Shown in pieces: positions 53,821-63,611 of a DNA stretch of 64,000 nucleotides. The position numbers were made by a program, and so were the translations under genes. The stretch is from an uncultured Spirochaetota bacterium (lineage in GTDB: Bacteria; Spirochaetota; Spirochaetia; SZUA-6; Fen-1364), in contig CAWAHW010000006.1 of the NCBI GenBank assembly GCA_963781885.1, positions 1 through 64,000 on the forward strand, written 5' to 3'. Under the pieces are notes generated by a model. The model was not told the origin of the DNA. It was given only the letters and a program-made list of their open reading frames with translations, and made no database searches. Each line of letters begins with the position of its first letter. The first letter of the stretch is position 1.

Positions 53821-54105
53821 CTATGAGATCGCAATCGTCAGCTCCTTACCGAGGGCTTCCGCTACTTTCTTCAGAGTCGATACACGAATGTCTTCGGCGT
53901 GGTTTTCAATTCGGGAAATGGCACTTTTTGTTGTCCGAAGCCTTCGTGCAAGTTCATCTTGGGTGATCCCGCTTTTATGCCGCGCATTGCGGAGAAGGTA
54001 CCCTATCTTGAACTCCTGGTAGCCAGCATCGAATCCTTCGGAGAAACGCTTATCAGTCTTCTTCCTGTTGTGGATGTATTTATCAAGATCGTCACGCACG
54101 TCCAT
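53821..54105 (-). CDS. Xre/HTH antitoxin
   Basis: ITQDELARRLRTTKSAISRIEN helix-turn-helix. Confidence 0.88.
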   Translation of the reverse strand: MDVRDDLDKYIHNRKKTDKRFSEGFDAGYQEFKIGYLLRNARHKSGITQDELARRLRTTKSAISRIENHAEDIRVSTLKKVAEALGKELTIAIS

Positions 54106-54448
54106 GCCTCCGTATGTAGTCGGCCTTCAGCCGTTCAGCTTGAGAAATCTCTGCACCGGGTGTCTTTTGCGTCTTTTTCATGAAACCATGGGTCAGAACA
54201 AGTCGGCTGCTTCCGTGAAAGAAGCACAGTATTCGATAGGTGTTTCCGCTGAAGACAATCCGGCACTCCCATATCCCGTCGGTGGTGCTCAGCTTCTTGA
54301 AGTACTGAGTAGGAAGCCCGTCTAGTTCCTGAATCAGCTTGAGTACCCAGGTCACTTTCTGGGCGACCTTTGGAGGCAAGGAATCAAGGAACTCGGCAAC
54401 CGGACAATGGCCTTTGTCGGTCTTGTAGAAGACGAGCACCCGTCCCAT
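54092..54448 (-). CDS. RelE/ParE-like (Gp49) toxin
   Basis: PVAEFL..IWECR..LTHGFMKKTQKTP motif. Confidence 0.88.
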   Translation of the reverse strand: MGRVLVFYKTDKGHCPVAEFLDSLPPKVAQKVTWVLKLIQELDGLPTQYFKKLSTTDGIWECRIVFSGNTYRILCFFHGSSRLVLTHGFMKKTQKTPGAEISQAERLKADYIRRHGRA

Positions 54449-54721
54449 AATCAATGTTCACATATTTGCTAACTTTCGTCAAGCTGAATTTGTATATCCG
54501 CCTGACTGTGCTAGACAAAAGCTCGAGGGGCGGGGGAGTCAGGCAGGGATGCCTGATCCCCGCCCCGAGACCGTGCATGCTATGCCCTGGGGCAATCAAT
54601 CAATTTCAGAGTGGTCATAACATAGAGTTCAGCACCCGGCCCGCATCAGAACAGCACCACACCGATTTGCTCCGGAATTGGGTCTTTCCTACAGATTCTG
54701 CCTGGAGTGCTGCAACGACTT

Positions 54722-55072
54722 GTTATGTTCAAGGCAGAATGGACTTGTAGTCTACGCTATGCAGAAGTCAATTCCTTTAGCCAGAATTGCGTTCGTAGGT
54801 TTTGCCAAGAGCGGCGTTGCCACGGTCTGCGGGGATTGAACAATAGGTACGAGCCCAAATCCGAGCGCGGCTCTGTTTCCCGCTGCATCCGGACTGAAGG
54901 GAAGAGAAGAAATACTTGATCGTCCAGGCTTGGGACACCGGAAAGAAAAAGTCTTTCGGACCAAGAGGCCGCGATGTTTCAGAGGTCCAAATAGACGTAA
55001 CCTCTTGAAGACTCTTCAACTATCCAAAGATTCTGGAAGAAGGTGAAAGTTTCATTTTCCTTTGAACATAAC
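54722..55072. other. ORF-less cassette family 1 copy 4
   Basis: Homolog of 11744-12091 with indels. Confidence 0.85.
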
Positions 55073-55489
55073 ATAGAGTTGAGCACCCGGCCCGCATCAG
55101 ACAAAAACCACAAAGATTTGCCCCCGAAGTGGGTCTATTGGAGCAATTTCAGCCTGGAGTGCTCCAACGATTTGTTATGAATGACTATTTTGAAAAGACT
55201 ATCTACTTCAGCATGGTCTTTTGATCGGAGGGAAATGGCGCTTGGGCGACAGCTTGCTCGACATCACTAATTGATACTTCTGCGCTAACAACTCTCGATG
55301 TTGTTGTTTCTTTCTCCTAACAGGCATTTCCGCTCACTCTTTTGGCGTTCATCCTGTACTATTAGTTTGGAACATATCCGAAATGCAGGAGAAAGCAGAG
55401 CACTTTCTGTATCTGTCATTTTCCGTTCGTTTCTCTTTGCACCTGCTGTTCACGTTGACGCGCATCAATTGGAGCGTTACTTTCTGCCC

Positions 55490-55981
55490 ATGTATAGCAA
55501 TACAAAAGAGTTTGTTGACCAATGGACCACGGAGAGCAACATCAGCCTAAAAGTGCTGAAGGTCATCAATGACCTCTCTTTGGACCAAAAAATCTACCAA
55601 GAAGGTAGAAATCTAGCCCATCTGGCATGGCACATGACGATGATGATCGGGGGAACAGGTTCAGCGGTTGGGCTTGAAATCGTTGCCCCACAACGAGGCA
55701 CGGAAATGCCAAATTCGGCTGCCGCACTCGTCGAAGTCTATGAGAAAGCAGCCAAGTCACTTGGCGAACAGGCTTCGATGAAACTTCAGGACTCGCAACT
55801 CGCAGCGGAAGTTACTTATTTCGGAAGATCCATGCCCGTTGGACGGATTCTTCACTCGCTAATCCTGCATCAGTGTCACCATAGAGGCCAGATGACGGTT
55901 TTGATTCGCCAGGCAGGACTTGTTCATCCAGGAGTCTATGGCCCAACTCGAGAAGAGGCTGCTGCGCGGGCAAAACAGTAG
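55490..55981 (+). CDS. DinB family protein (reverse-oriented cassette)
   Basis: LAWH and HQCHHRGQMTV..PGVYGP motifs. Confidence 0.9.
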   Translation: MYSNTKEFVDQWTTESNISLKVLKVINDLSLDQKIYQEGRNLAHLAWHMTMMIGGTGSAVGLEIVAPQRGTEMPNSAAALVEVYEKAAKSLGEQASMKLQDSQLAAEVTYFGRSMPVGRILHSLILHQCHHRGQMTVLIRQAGLVHPGVYGPTREEAAARAKQ

Positions 55982-56231
55982 AGCAATTCGCTGAGTCATT
56001 CGAGTTGAGTGGCCGCTACAAACCTCTGCTCGAATGGCTGCTCTATCTGTCAGTCTGACCGGTAGAGCTTCTCTTATGGATTCTGTCATTCATAACATAG
56101 AGTTCAGTACCCGGCCCGCATCAGAACCGTGGCACACCGATTTGACTTGGAACTGGGTCTCTCCAACGAAATCACGCCGGAGTACTGCAACGATTTGTTA
56201 TGCCTTTTTCCGCCTCTATGGCCTGATCAGT

Positions 56232-57023
56232 TCAGCTAGCTTTTTCTGCTTTGATTTGGAGGAATATAGCGGCATGCTTTCTCCACTTCTCAAGGGCGGG
56301 ATTGGCTTTGCAATCCTCCTCGGTTGGCCGAGGCTCTATCATCTTCTTCAGATGAAACCCTTCATCTACAAGAGGGTTGATGAAGTCTGAAAGCGTTCGC
56401 GGGAAGTATGGAATGTGGAACTCCGGGATTTTGTCTGCTTCTGGGCTCAGCGAGAACTTCCATTTGTCGACATAGGGCTTCTGCATGAAGTAGTTGCCAA
56501 TAGCGAGCCGATACGGCACTCCATTTTCATCATTTATCCACGTAAGCGCTTCCGGGAGGAAGCAAGGATGAGAGATGCTGAAGATGAGTTGACCCTTTGG
56601 CCTTAGAACTCGATAGAATTCATGAATTGCCTTCTCGTAGTCCGGCCCATCCATCAGCGACATAAACGCCACGATCATGTCAAACTGCGCGTTCGCAAAC
56701 GCCGGCATACTTGTAAAGGAGCCCTTTACATAAGAAATGCCCAACGGATGGAGGCTCTCTTCTTGCAGCGCGAGCTCAATCATTTTAGAAGACAGGTCTA
56801 TCCCTACTACTTTGGCTCCAGACGCCGCCAGTTTTCTGGTATTGTGACCTTCCCCGCACCCTGCGTCCAGAAGCTCCTTGCCCTGGATGTTGCCTATTAG
56901 CCCAAAGATTGATGGGTTGTTCAGTACTTCACGGTAGATATCGTACCCTTTCCGTACTTGGTCGGCCCATATGGAGCTGTTCTCATTCCAGTATTTGGAA
57001 ACATCCTGTTCGTTAAGATTCAC
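56232..57023 (-). CDS. Class I SAM-dependent methyltransferase
   Basis: LLDAGCGEG, RVLRPKG and HPCF motifs; GGAGG RBS before a GTG start. Confidence 0.9.
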   Translation of the reverse strand: MNLNEQDVSKYWNENSSIWADQVRKGYDIYREVLNNPSIFGLIGNIQGKELLDAGCGEGHNTRKLAASGAKVVGIDLSSKMIELALQEESLHPLGISYVKGSFTSMPAFANAQFDMIVAFMSLMDGPDYEKAIHEFYRVLRPKGQLIFSISHPCFLPEALTWINDENGVPYRLAIGNYFMQKPYVDKWKFSLSPEADKIPEFHIPYFPRTLSDFINPLVDEGFHLKKMIEPRPTEEDCKANPALEKWRKHAAIFLQIKAEKAS

Positions 57024-57170
57024 GATCGCCTCCGGCTTCCACAATTCGACACCAAAATAGGCATAACATAGAGTTGAGCACCCGGCCCGCATCAGACAAA
57101 GACCACAAAGATTTGCATCGGAAGCGGGTCTATTGAAGAAGATTCTAGTCCGGAGTGCTCCAACGATTTG

Positions 57171-57947
57171 TTAGCCATTTGGCGTCAACTTCACGCCGCA
57201 TAGCTTCAGCAAAGCAAAGTTGCCTTCATAGAAGCTCTCCGCTCGAAATTCTGATTGAATTCTTGCGAGGCCTTTCTGATATTCCTTTTCGCTCAGGAGA
57301 TTCAGCTGTGACATGTCGCGGTTTCTGGCTTCTTCCAGTAGCGAGGTCAAAGGAAAAGCCTTTTCAGTGATGGTCGTGGTCAGTTCCACACTAAAACGGC
57401 TTTTCGCGAATGCCTTTCGCAGATGATCATTGCTCCAGAATCTTTGGCTATCCATTTTCCGTGTGCCTTTGAAGTAGTGGTATACCCACGAAAGAGGCAT
57501 TGCTTCGGGACAGATGTTCTTCATTTGAAAAACCCCACCTGGCTTCAATATGCGGTGGAATTCGCTGATGCAGCTGACCTTGTCTTGAAAATGATGAAAT
57601 GCGAAATTGCAGGAGACGAAGTCGAACTGCCCGTCGGGATATGGCAGATATGAGGCATCAGCGGTTGTCAATTCGATAGCCTTTGTCAGCTTAGCCTTCG
57701 CCATGGAAAGCATGTCCGGGGACAGATCGCAGCCGTGCCACTGTATCCGCTTGTCGGGGAAGTACTCTGTCTGAGCAGGGAGAAAGTTGCCAGTACCGCA
57801 AGCAACATCCAGTATTGATATGGCTTGGTTTGTAGAAGAAAGAAGCCGACCGATGTGCGGCTCCGGGTCGTACTGAAAGCGAATGGGGTTTTTGTCATAA
57901 ACTTTTGCTATCACTGAGTAGTCTGTAGCTTTCAAGAAGTTCTCCAT
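57171..57947 (-). CDS. Class I SAM-dependent methyltransferase (copy 2)
   Basis: Paralog of 33480-34256. Confidence 0.9.
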   Translation of the reverse strand: MENFLKATDYSVIAKVYDKNPIRFQYDPEPHIGRLLSSTNQAISILDVACGTGNFLPAQTEYFPDKRIQWHGCDLSPDMLSMAKAKLTKAIELTTADASYLPYPDGQFDFVSCNFAFHHFQDKVSCISEFHRILKPGGVFQMKNICPEAMPLSWVYHYFKGTRKMDSQRFWSNDHLRKAFAKSRFSVELTTTITEKAFPLTSLLEEARNRDMSQLNLLSEKEYQKGLARIQSEFRAESFYEGNFALLKLCGVKLTPNG

Positions 57948-58156
57948 TCCAATATGGCTAACATAGAGTTCAGTACCCGGCCCGCGTCAGAAAGAAACCA
58001 CAAAGATTTGCCCCGGAATTGGGTCTCAGCAGGAAGATTCTAGCCGGAGTACTGCAACGATTTGTTAGAAGGTTTTCCTCTATGCGTTCAACCCTGACGC
58101 TTTTTGCAGAAGACCCTTTCGCTTTGACTATCTTCAATCTTCAAAACCATATTCCG

Positions 58157-58546
58157 CTATTTTGCATTGGGGCGGTTCTTGGCGGTTTTGGCCGGCCGCT
58201 TTGTGGCACGAGGTCGTTTATGCAGTGGTTCATAGACTTTCAATGGGCCGCCGCCTGGCAGCCTAATAGTGGTTAGCTTCCCCCAGGTAAGTGTTTGAAC
58301 TTTGTTGCATTTGACGTTGTGCTTTCTCGTTTGATTGACGAAGGTGACGATGTCGTCGCACAGCAGGTAGAACTCCTGACTCCCGTCTTTATCTGAAGGG
58401 TGAACCGCGAGTTCAGATGGTGGAAGTGCAAAGATGAGCCAGTTGTCTCCGATGTCAACGTAGGGGAACTCAAGGACGTCTCTGATGAATGCGCGATCCT
58501 TGTCAGGATTGGAACTGTAGATAATGGAATGGCTTCCAGTAATCAC
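58157..58546 (-). CDS. VOC/glyoxalase family protein
   Basis: ITGSHSIIYS..WLIFALPPSELAVHP..WG motif. Confidence 0.85.
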   Translation of the reverse strand: MITGSHSIIYSSNPDKDRAFIRDVLEFPYVDIGDNWLIFALPPSELAVHPSDKDGSQEFYLLCDDIVTFVNQTRKHNVKCNKVQTLTWGKLTTIRLPGGGPLKVYEPLHKRPRATKRPAKTAKNRPNAK

Positions 58547-58768
58547 TGGGAGAACGCTCCTTTAACAATAGATGCTGGCCCTGCAATATGACAGTGATGG
58601 TACTGCACATGGCGTCTTTTGAAAAGAAAGAAAATCTGAAAACCTTCTAACGTAGAGTTCAGTACCCGGCCCGCATCAGAACGGCACCACAGAGACCTGC
58701 ACCGGCCGCGGGTCTATTGGACAAGATTCTAGCCCGGAGTACTGCAACGACTTGTTAGCCTCATTCCG

Positions 58769-60116
58769 TGTACAGTCCAAAGACACGGGTAACACATTAT
58801 TCTAAAGACATCGATAACACCCTCGAAGTCAGATCCGCCCGGGGCTGACTGGTTGGCACCCGAGAGATAATATCCTGGATCTTGTTGGTGCGCAATTCGT
58901 AGCGACCAATCTGGTAGAAACAGAAGTATAGATCATAGACCCCGTCATCCACTTCCTCGAGACCCACGTACTCCTCATTGAGGGTTTGCGTCACAAAGAC
59001 CTGGTTGTGAAACACGCGAATGGTACCGCAGCGACTCACGCGCCGAACCAGGTAGTGGTGCGGATAGTCGTAGATGCCAACATGCTCAGGTAACGTTCGT
59101 CCTGAGGGGCAGTACACACTTGCAGGTTCGACCATGCCAAGAGCTTCGTGCGGGCGCTCGGTGTTGAACTCCTCCCTAAATGAATCAAACTTTTTCTGCT
59201 GCCCGCTCAGGCTGCTCGCCGGAGGTATGGTGGCCTCCTGCTTGAGGGTACGATGCATGCGCTCATGGATTCCATTTTGTTGCGGCTTTCCTGGTTCGAT
59301 CAGCTCTGGGTAGACCCCATACTTGATGAACATCACCTGTAGAGCCGAAAGCCGAGCCAAAGCGCAGGAGGCAAAGGGCACTCCGTTATCAGTTCGGATG
59401 CGGTTGGGCAGCCCATAAGTGCGGAAAAGGTGCATAAAATAGGCAATTGTGCGTTCCATGGAAACTGCGGGGTGTGCCTCACAGCCCAGCAGGAAGCGAG
59501 AATACAGATCGCTGACAGTTAGTGGGAAGCAGTATTGGCCGTTCTTCAGCCGAAACTGTCCCTTGTAGTCGGCCGCCCAGGTGTCGTTGGGAGAAGTAGC
59601 CACGTTCTTCGGGCATCCGGGATGTGCTCGGCGGTGTCTTCTGGGCTCGGCTATCAAACTCTCTCGGTCTAAAAGGTGCGCCACAGTGGACACAGCGGGC
59701 AACTCGAGATAGCGGTGGCGTTTCTGCAGCTTTTTCAGCAGCTTCTTCGGTCCCAAGCTGGGCCGCGCTCTTCTCATCGCGATGAGATCCGCCGCAATCC
59801 GTTCATCCATTTGCCAAGGGCAACTATGCGGCCGTCGGCTGAGTTCTTCCAAACCTTTCGAACCATCTGCCTTGAAGCGATTGATCCACTTGTGGACGGT
59901 CTTTCGAGATATATTGAAACGCTCGGCCAACTCGGTCTTGCTGTAGTAGCCGTCCAAATAGTCCCTGATGAAGTTCTGACGCTGCTCGCTCACTGTAACA
60001 CCTTCCCATGGCATGGCTGGCATCCTCCTTGCTGCAGAAGATGTTACCCATGTCCTTAGAATAAGTGTTACCTATGTCCTTAGAATGTTTTGTAACCTAT
60101 GTCTTTGACTCATTCA
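58769..60116 (-). mobile_element. IS481-family element B
   Basis: Ends TGTACAGTCCAAAGACA / TGAATGAGTCAAAGACA; CCG duplication; three TGT.ACC.ATGTC repeats at the transposase 5' end. Confidence 0.88.
58797..60023 (-). CDS. IS481-family DDE transposase
   Basis: MPW, WAADYKG, RTDNG and QNGIHER motifs. Confidence 0.92.
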   Translation of the reverse strand: MPAMPWEGVTVSEQRQNFIRDYLDGYYSKTELAERFNISRKTVHKWINRFKADGSKGLEELSRRPHSCPWQMDERIAADLIAMRRARPSLGPKKLLKKLQKRHRYLELPAVSTVAHLLDRESLIAEPRRHRRAHPGCPKNVATSPNDTWAADYKGQFRLKNGQYCFPLTVSDLYSRFLLGCEAHPAVSMERTIAYFMHLFRTYGLPNRIRTDNGVPFASCALARLSALQVMFIKYGVYPELIEPGKPQQNGIHERMHRTLKQEATIPPASSLSGQQKKFDSFREEFNTERPHEALGMVEPASVYCPSGRTLPEHVGIYDYPHHYLVRRVSRCGTIRVFHNQVFVTQTLNEEYVGLEEVDDGVYDLYFCFYQIGRYELRTNKIQDIISRVPTSQPRADLTSRVLSMSLE

Positions 60117-60230
60117 CCGCTTTTGTCTGAACTATTGGCAAGGTCTGGAACCCTCTTATTGTCAATTTGCTTTGGTCATTTGGAGTTGGGTCTTTACGGA
60201 TGTATTCACAAAGCTACGGCACATTCATTT

Positions 60231-60710
60231 TCACGACGTTGAATCGGCTATTCGATGGCAATCAGTCTGCAGATCGAATTCCATGCCCAAATCAAATCCC
60301 GAGTTTCGATAGAAAGCGGCCGCCGGCCTGTTGCCTTTTTCTGTTCCGACCTCGATCTCATCCATTCCGTCTTGCCTTGCTGCGAATACTGCGCGCTGAA
60401 CCAGCGCTTTTCCAATGCCTTGGTTCCGGTGGTCCGCTGCGACAATTAGTTCGTTTATCAGTGCAGTTCCGCCTTCGTGAAAGAAGCTGAGGTAGTAGAC
60501 AACGGATATGAAGCCGACAGCAACTTCATTCTTGCAAGCCACAAGGTTCTTGTAGCTTTGCGGACTGCTGATCATTTTTGAGTAGACTGAGCGCACGTGG
60601 TCGACATCCATTTCAAAGGTCGAATGCGCATGGTCCGCCAGTTGGCGAAGCAGATCCGCTATTGCGAGAAGATCCTTGTCTAATATTGGCCGAATCAGAA
60701 TTCCATCCAT
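60231..60710 (-). CDS. GNAT N-acetyltransferase
   Basis: VAADHRNQGIGKAL and AAFY..GF motifs. Confidence 0.9.
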   Translation of the reverse strand: MDGILIRPILDKDLLAIADLLRQLADHAHSTFEMDVDHVRSVYSKMISSPQSYKNLVACKNEVAVGFISVVYYLSFFHEGGTALINELIVAADHRNQGIGKALVQRAVFAARQDGMDEIEVGTEKGNRPAAAFYRNSGFDLGMEFDLQTDCHRIADSTS

Positions 60711-60925
60711 ACGGTTACCTACTCTTAATCCTTGGAATGAATGAGGCTAACATAGAGTTGAGCACCCGGCCCGCATCAGACAAAAACCACAAAGATTTGC
60801 ACCGGAAGCGGGTCTGCTGGACCAAATTCTAGTCCGGAGTGCTCCAACGATTTGTTAGATGCTCCGCGATTTCAATCGATGTTTGTCTATTCGTGTCAAT
60901 TCCTGCTAGTAGAAAGGAAAGCGCC

Positions 60926-61315
60926 TTAACGCCAGTCCTCCAAACTCAGCCCGGGAATGCGTTCAAAGTGCTTGGTGTTCCCGGTAATAAGCTTTTCTGC
61001 CTTTTCAAGCGTAGCTGAAGCTATAAGGATATCAGCATCCGCGATCGGCATTCCCGCATTCTGAAGCTGGGCCTTGATGGTTCCGAATCGTTTTAAGATG
61101 CTGAGATCGGACTGCACTATTTCAAGCGTTAGAAGAAGCCTTTCTACTGTGTCGATATTCCTGGAAGGGTCACTCGACTTTTGAGCTCCATAAAAGAGCT
61201 CGGCTATTGTCATGAAACAAACGCCTATTGGCCCATCATACTCTTCACGTCGGCGGAGGATCTTTTTGTTTCCTTTCAATAGGTCGATGCAGACATCAGT
61301 GTCTATCAGGATCAT
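60926..61315 (-). CDS. vapC: VapC PIN-domain toxin
   Basis: LIDTD, AEL, DILIA and TGNTKHF motifs. Confidence 0.92.
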   Translation of the reverse strand: MILIDTDVCIDLLKGNKKILRRREEYDGPIGVCFMTIAELFYGAQKSSDPSRNIDTVERLLLTLEIVQSDLSILKRFGTIKAQLQNAGMPIADADILIASATLEKAEKLITGNTKHFERIPGLSLEDWR

Positions 61316-61599
61316 AGCTGCACGTCACGGCCACCCGTTCTGTGGGTATAGATGTCTTCAATTATCTCCTTTGCGGATCGGCTATCCTCCCAGGTACCCG
61401 CCAAACGTTTCCAGATCTCAACCTGAGTAGCCTTTGAGAGATACTTGCGCTTTTGCAGTTTGTCCTCATACTCATCATATGTTCCCCGCTCGAGGATCAC
61501 GAGAATCTCGTTGTTGACACTGCGCTTCTCTATTGAAGAAAGTGCTTTGATCTTCCCAAGCACGTCATCAGGTATGTTGCGAACCGTAATGCTTGCCAT
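61312..61599 (-). CDS. FitA/Arc-like RHH antitoxin
   Basis: MASITVRNIPD..RSVNNEI; TTGACG-17-TATATT lies 6 nt upstream. Confidence 0.87.
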   Translation of the reverse strand: MASITVRNIPDDVLGKIKALSSIEKRSVNNEILVILERGTYDEYEDKLQKRKYLSKATQVEIWKRLAGTWEDSRSAKEIIEDIYTHRTGGRDVQL

Positions 61600-61825
61600 A
61601 GTTACAATATAGTTATATTTCAGCACCACGTCAAGAGAGACCGTTTACCCGCAAGTGAGAATGCTCCTTATCTTGGAGCATCTAACATAGAGTTGACCAG
61701 CGCCGCCGCATCAGCCAGCTGCACCCCGACGATTAGGACGAAGTTGGTTCAAATCAGATAAAATCTAAGGCGACTGGTCCAACGATTTGTTAGAAGGGCG
61801 CTCTTTTGCCGCCGTAAAGGATGAC

Positions 61826-62464
61826 CTACCACCTGTTGATGTGAATATGTTCTTTCGGATTCGGTTTGTGCTGTTTTATCCTTTTTGCGTTCTTGTCAGG
61901 ATAACCAAGTGCCAAGTAGCAAGGAATAGAGTAGTCTGCTGGGATTTCAAGTACGTCATGTAGAACGCGAATCTCCTTGTCAAAAGGAATTCGCGTCACG
62001 CCGTAGATACCTTCCGAAGCGGCCGCAAGAAGAATGTTTTCAATACAACACCACATTGAAGCGAATCCATTCAGTGATGATAAGCTTCTTGGCTTCAAAA
62101 GAGGCAGAGGTTGCTTATAGCACGGCACTATCAAAACAGGCGCGTTCAAAAGCATTTTATACTGCTTGGGAATGGCGTCAATGTACATTTCCCTTTGCTT
62201 AACGTCGGTCATTCCAGATTTGGAAAGAAAAGCTTCTGCCTGCTGCGGACTCAAGTCTTTTCTAATAGAAGAGATTGCTGATAGTCGAGTGTCCATATCA
62301 GTCAAGACCAAAAACTCCCACTGTCGAAGGTGGTAATTGGTTGGCGCGCGGAGGCCAGCAGCCAGAAGTCTTTGAAGAGCTGCTTTCGGTAACTGCTTTT
62401 TGGAGAAGTCACGGACAGTTCTTCGTTGATTGATTGCTTTGTAGAGGTCCATCCTTGTCCTCAT
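61826..62464 (-). CDS. Nitroreductase family protein
   Basis: RRTVRDF, APT..QWEF and ENILLAA..EG motifs. Confidence 0.9.
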   Translation of the reverse strand: MRTRMDLYKAINQRRTVRDFSKKQLPKAALQRLLAAGLRAPTNYHLRQWEFLVLTDMDTRLSAISSIRKDLSPQQAEAFLSKSGMTDVKQREMYIDAIPKQYKMLLNAPVLIVPCYKQPLPLLKPRSLSSLNGFASMWCCIENILLAAASEGIYGVTRIPFDKEIRVLHDVLEIPADYSIPCYLALGYPDKNAKRIKQHKPNPKEHIHINRW

Positions 62465-62687
62465 CTATATATGGTGGTTTGATGCAAATCCTTGGAATGG
62501 ATTTGATATTGCATCAGACAGCCACCCAACGCAATTGCGCAGAAGCCTGGAGGCAGGGAATCCTTGCGCCTTCTAACATAGAGTTGACCAGCGCCGCCGC
62601 ATCAGCCGGCCGCGCCCCGACGATTAGGAATACATTGGGTCAAGACAGACAAAATCTAAGGCGACTGGTCCAACGATTTGTTAGATT

Positions 62688-63491
62688 TCAGGCTCTTTTT
62701 GATGCCTTCTTGGGCTTGACGTAGAAATATTTTAATACCCTTTTTATCAAGTCTTCAAGAGTGTTGAAATCTGCTATTACTTGTGGATGAAGATATACAA
62801 AATGGGATTTCTCTGAGAAAGAGTGTACATAAAAAGGGCTAGCCTTACCTAATCCGACAAGCTCATCTATTGTTGCAGTATAGCGCTCTGAATAGCCCTG
62901 TTTCGACAGAACGGTCAGACTATCGCTAAGTTTCTTGAAGCGCCTTTGATCACGTTTGCCTAAACCGGACGGAGGAACATAGGGAGGTATACGGTGGGCT
63001 AAAGCATCTCGGAAGTTTTTTGCATAATCATTGTACCAGGATAACATCTTAGCGCCAGATAGGTAGGTCCTTAAGCGCGGGCTCAGTTTCTCTCTGAAAT
63101 CATTTTTGAAGAACCCAACCGAATATGTTGCCTGTCTCTCTGGCTTTGCACTTGAAACTAGCTCGTTTTCAAAGGCAAGTGACAAGGCTAGATTCTCTAT
63201 CACTCCATAGGTATTAATCAAAAAAGCATGTAAGCTGATCTCGAGATCTAATCTGTCTTCATTTGTCAGCTTTTCGGCCCTGCTCGGAGGAAAAAGCCGG
63301 AATATATTTTCGACGCATCTGTTTATGATAAACAAACGCCGAGTTACACCGTTGGATAGGTATTCGATTGCACGAGCATTATTCATTTTGCCTGAGAAGG
63401 CCTGAAGATTCATTACGAGATCATAGTGTTTGAATCTAAGGCTATGTATTTGCTGCTCGATTTTTGCCAGTGCGGTAGGCGTATAGTGCAT
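62688..63491 (-). CDS. HEPN-like protein (Cthe_2314-like)
   Basis: FRDALAHR (R-x4-H) in a helical protein. Confidence 0.65.
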   Translation of the reverse strand: MHYTPTALAKIEQQIHSLRFKHYDLVMNLQAFSGKMNNARAIEYLSNGVTRRLFIINRCVENIFRLFPPSRAEKLTNEDRLDLEISLHAFLINTYGVIENLALSLAFENELVSSAKPERQATYSVGFFKNDFREKLSPRLRTYLSGAKMLSWYNDYAKNFRDALAHRIPPYVPPSGLGKRDQRRFKKLSDSLTVLSKQGYSERYTATIDELVGLGKASPFYVHSFSEKSHFVYLHPQVIADFNTLEDLIKRVLKYFYVKPKKASKRA

Positions 63492-63611
63492 TGTCTCTCC
63501 TGAAATCTAACATAGAGTTCAGCACCCGGCCCGCATCAGATTGCACTACGCCGATTTGCACCGAAAGCGGGTCTATTCAAGGAAATTCAGCCTGGAGTGC
63601 TGCAACGATTT

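Larger units (their letters stand above)
2691..62686 (-). repeat. attC family B (17 sites; + strand TAACATAGAGTTGACCAGCGCCGCCG...GGCGACTGGTCCAACGATTTGTTA)
   Basis: Approximate coordinates: 2691-2805, 12085-12200, 14895-15009, 16691-16806, 17602-17717, 24415-24530, 33371-33485, 35588-35703, 39430-39544, 40357-40473, 41354-41468, 43095-43210, 48090-48205, 49402-49517, 52705-52819, 61680-61795, 62571-62686. Confidence 0.95.
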
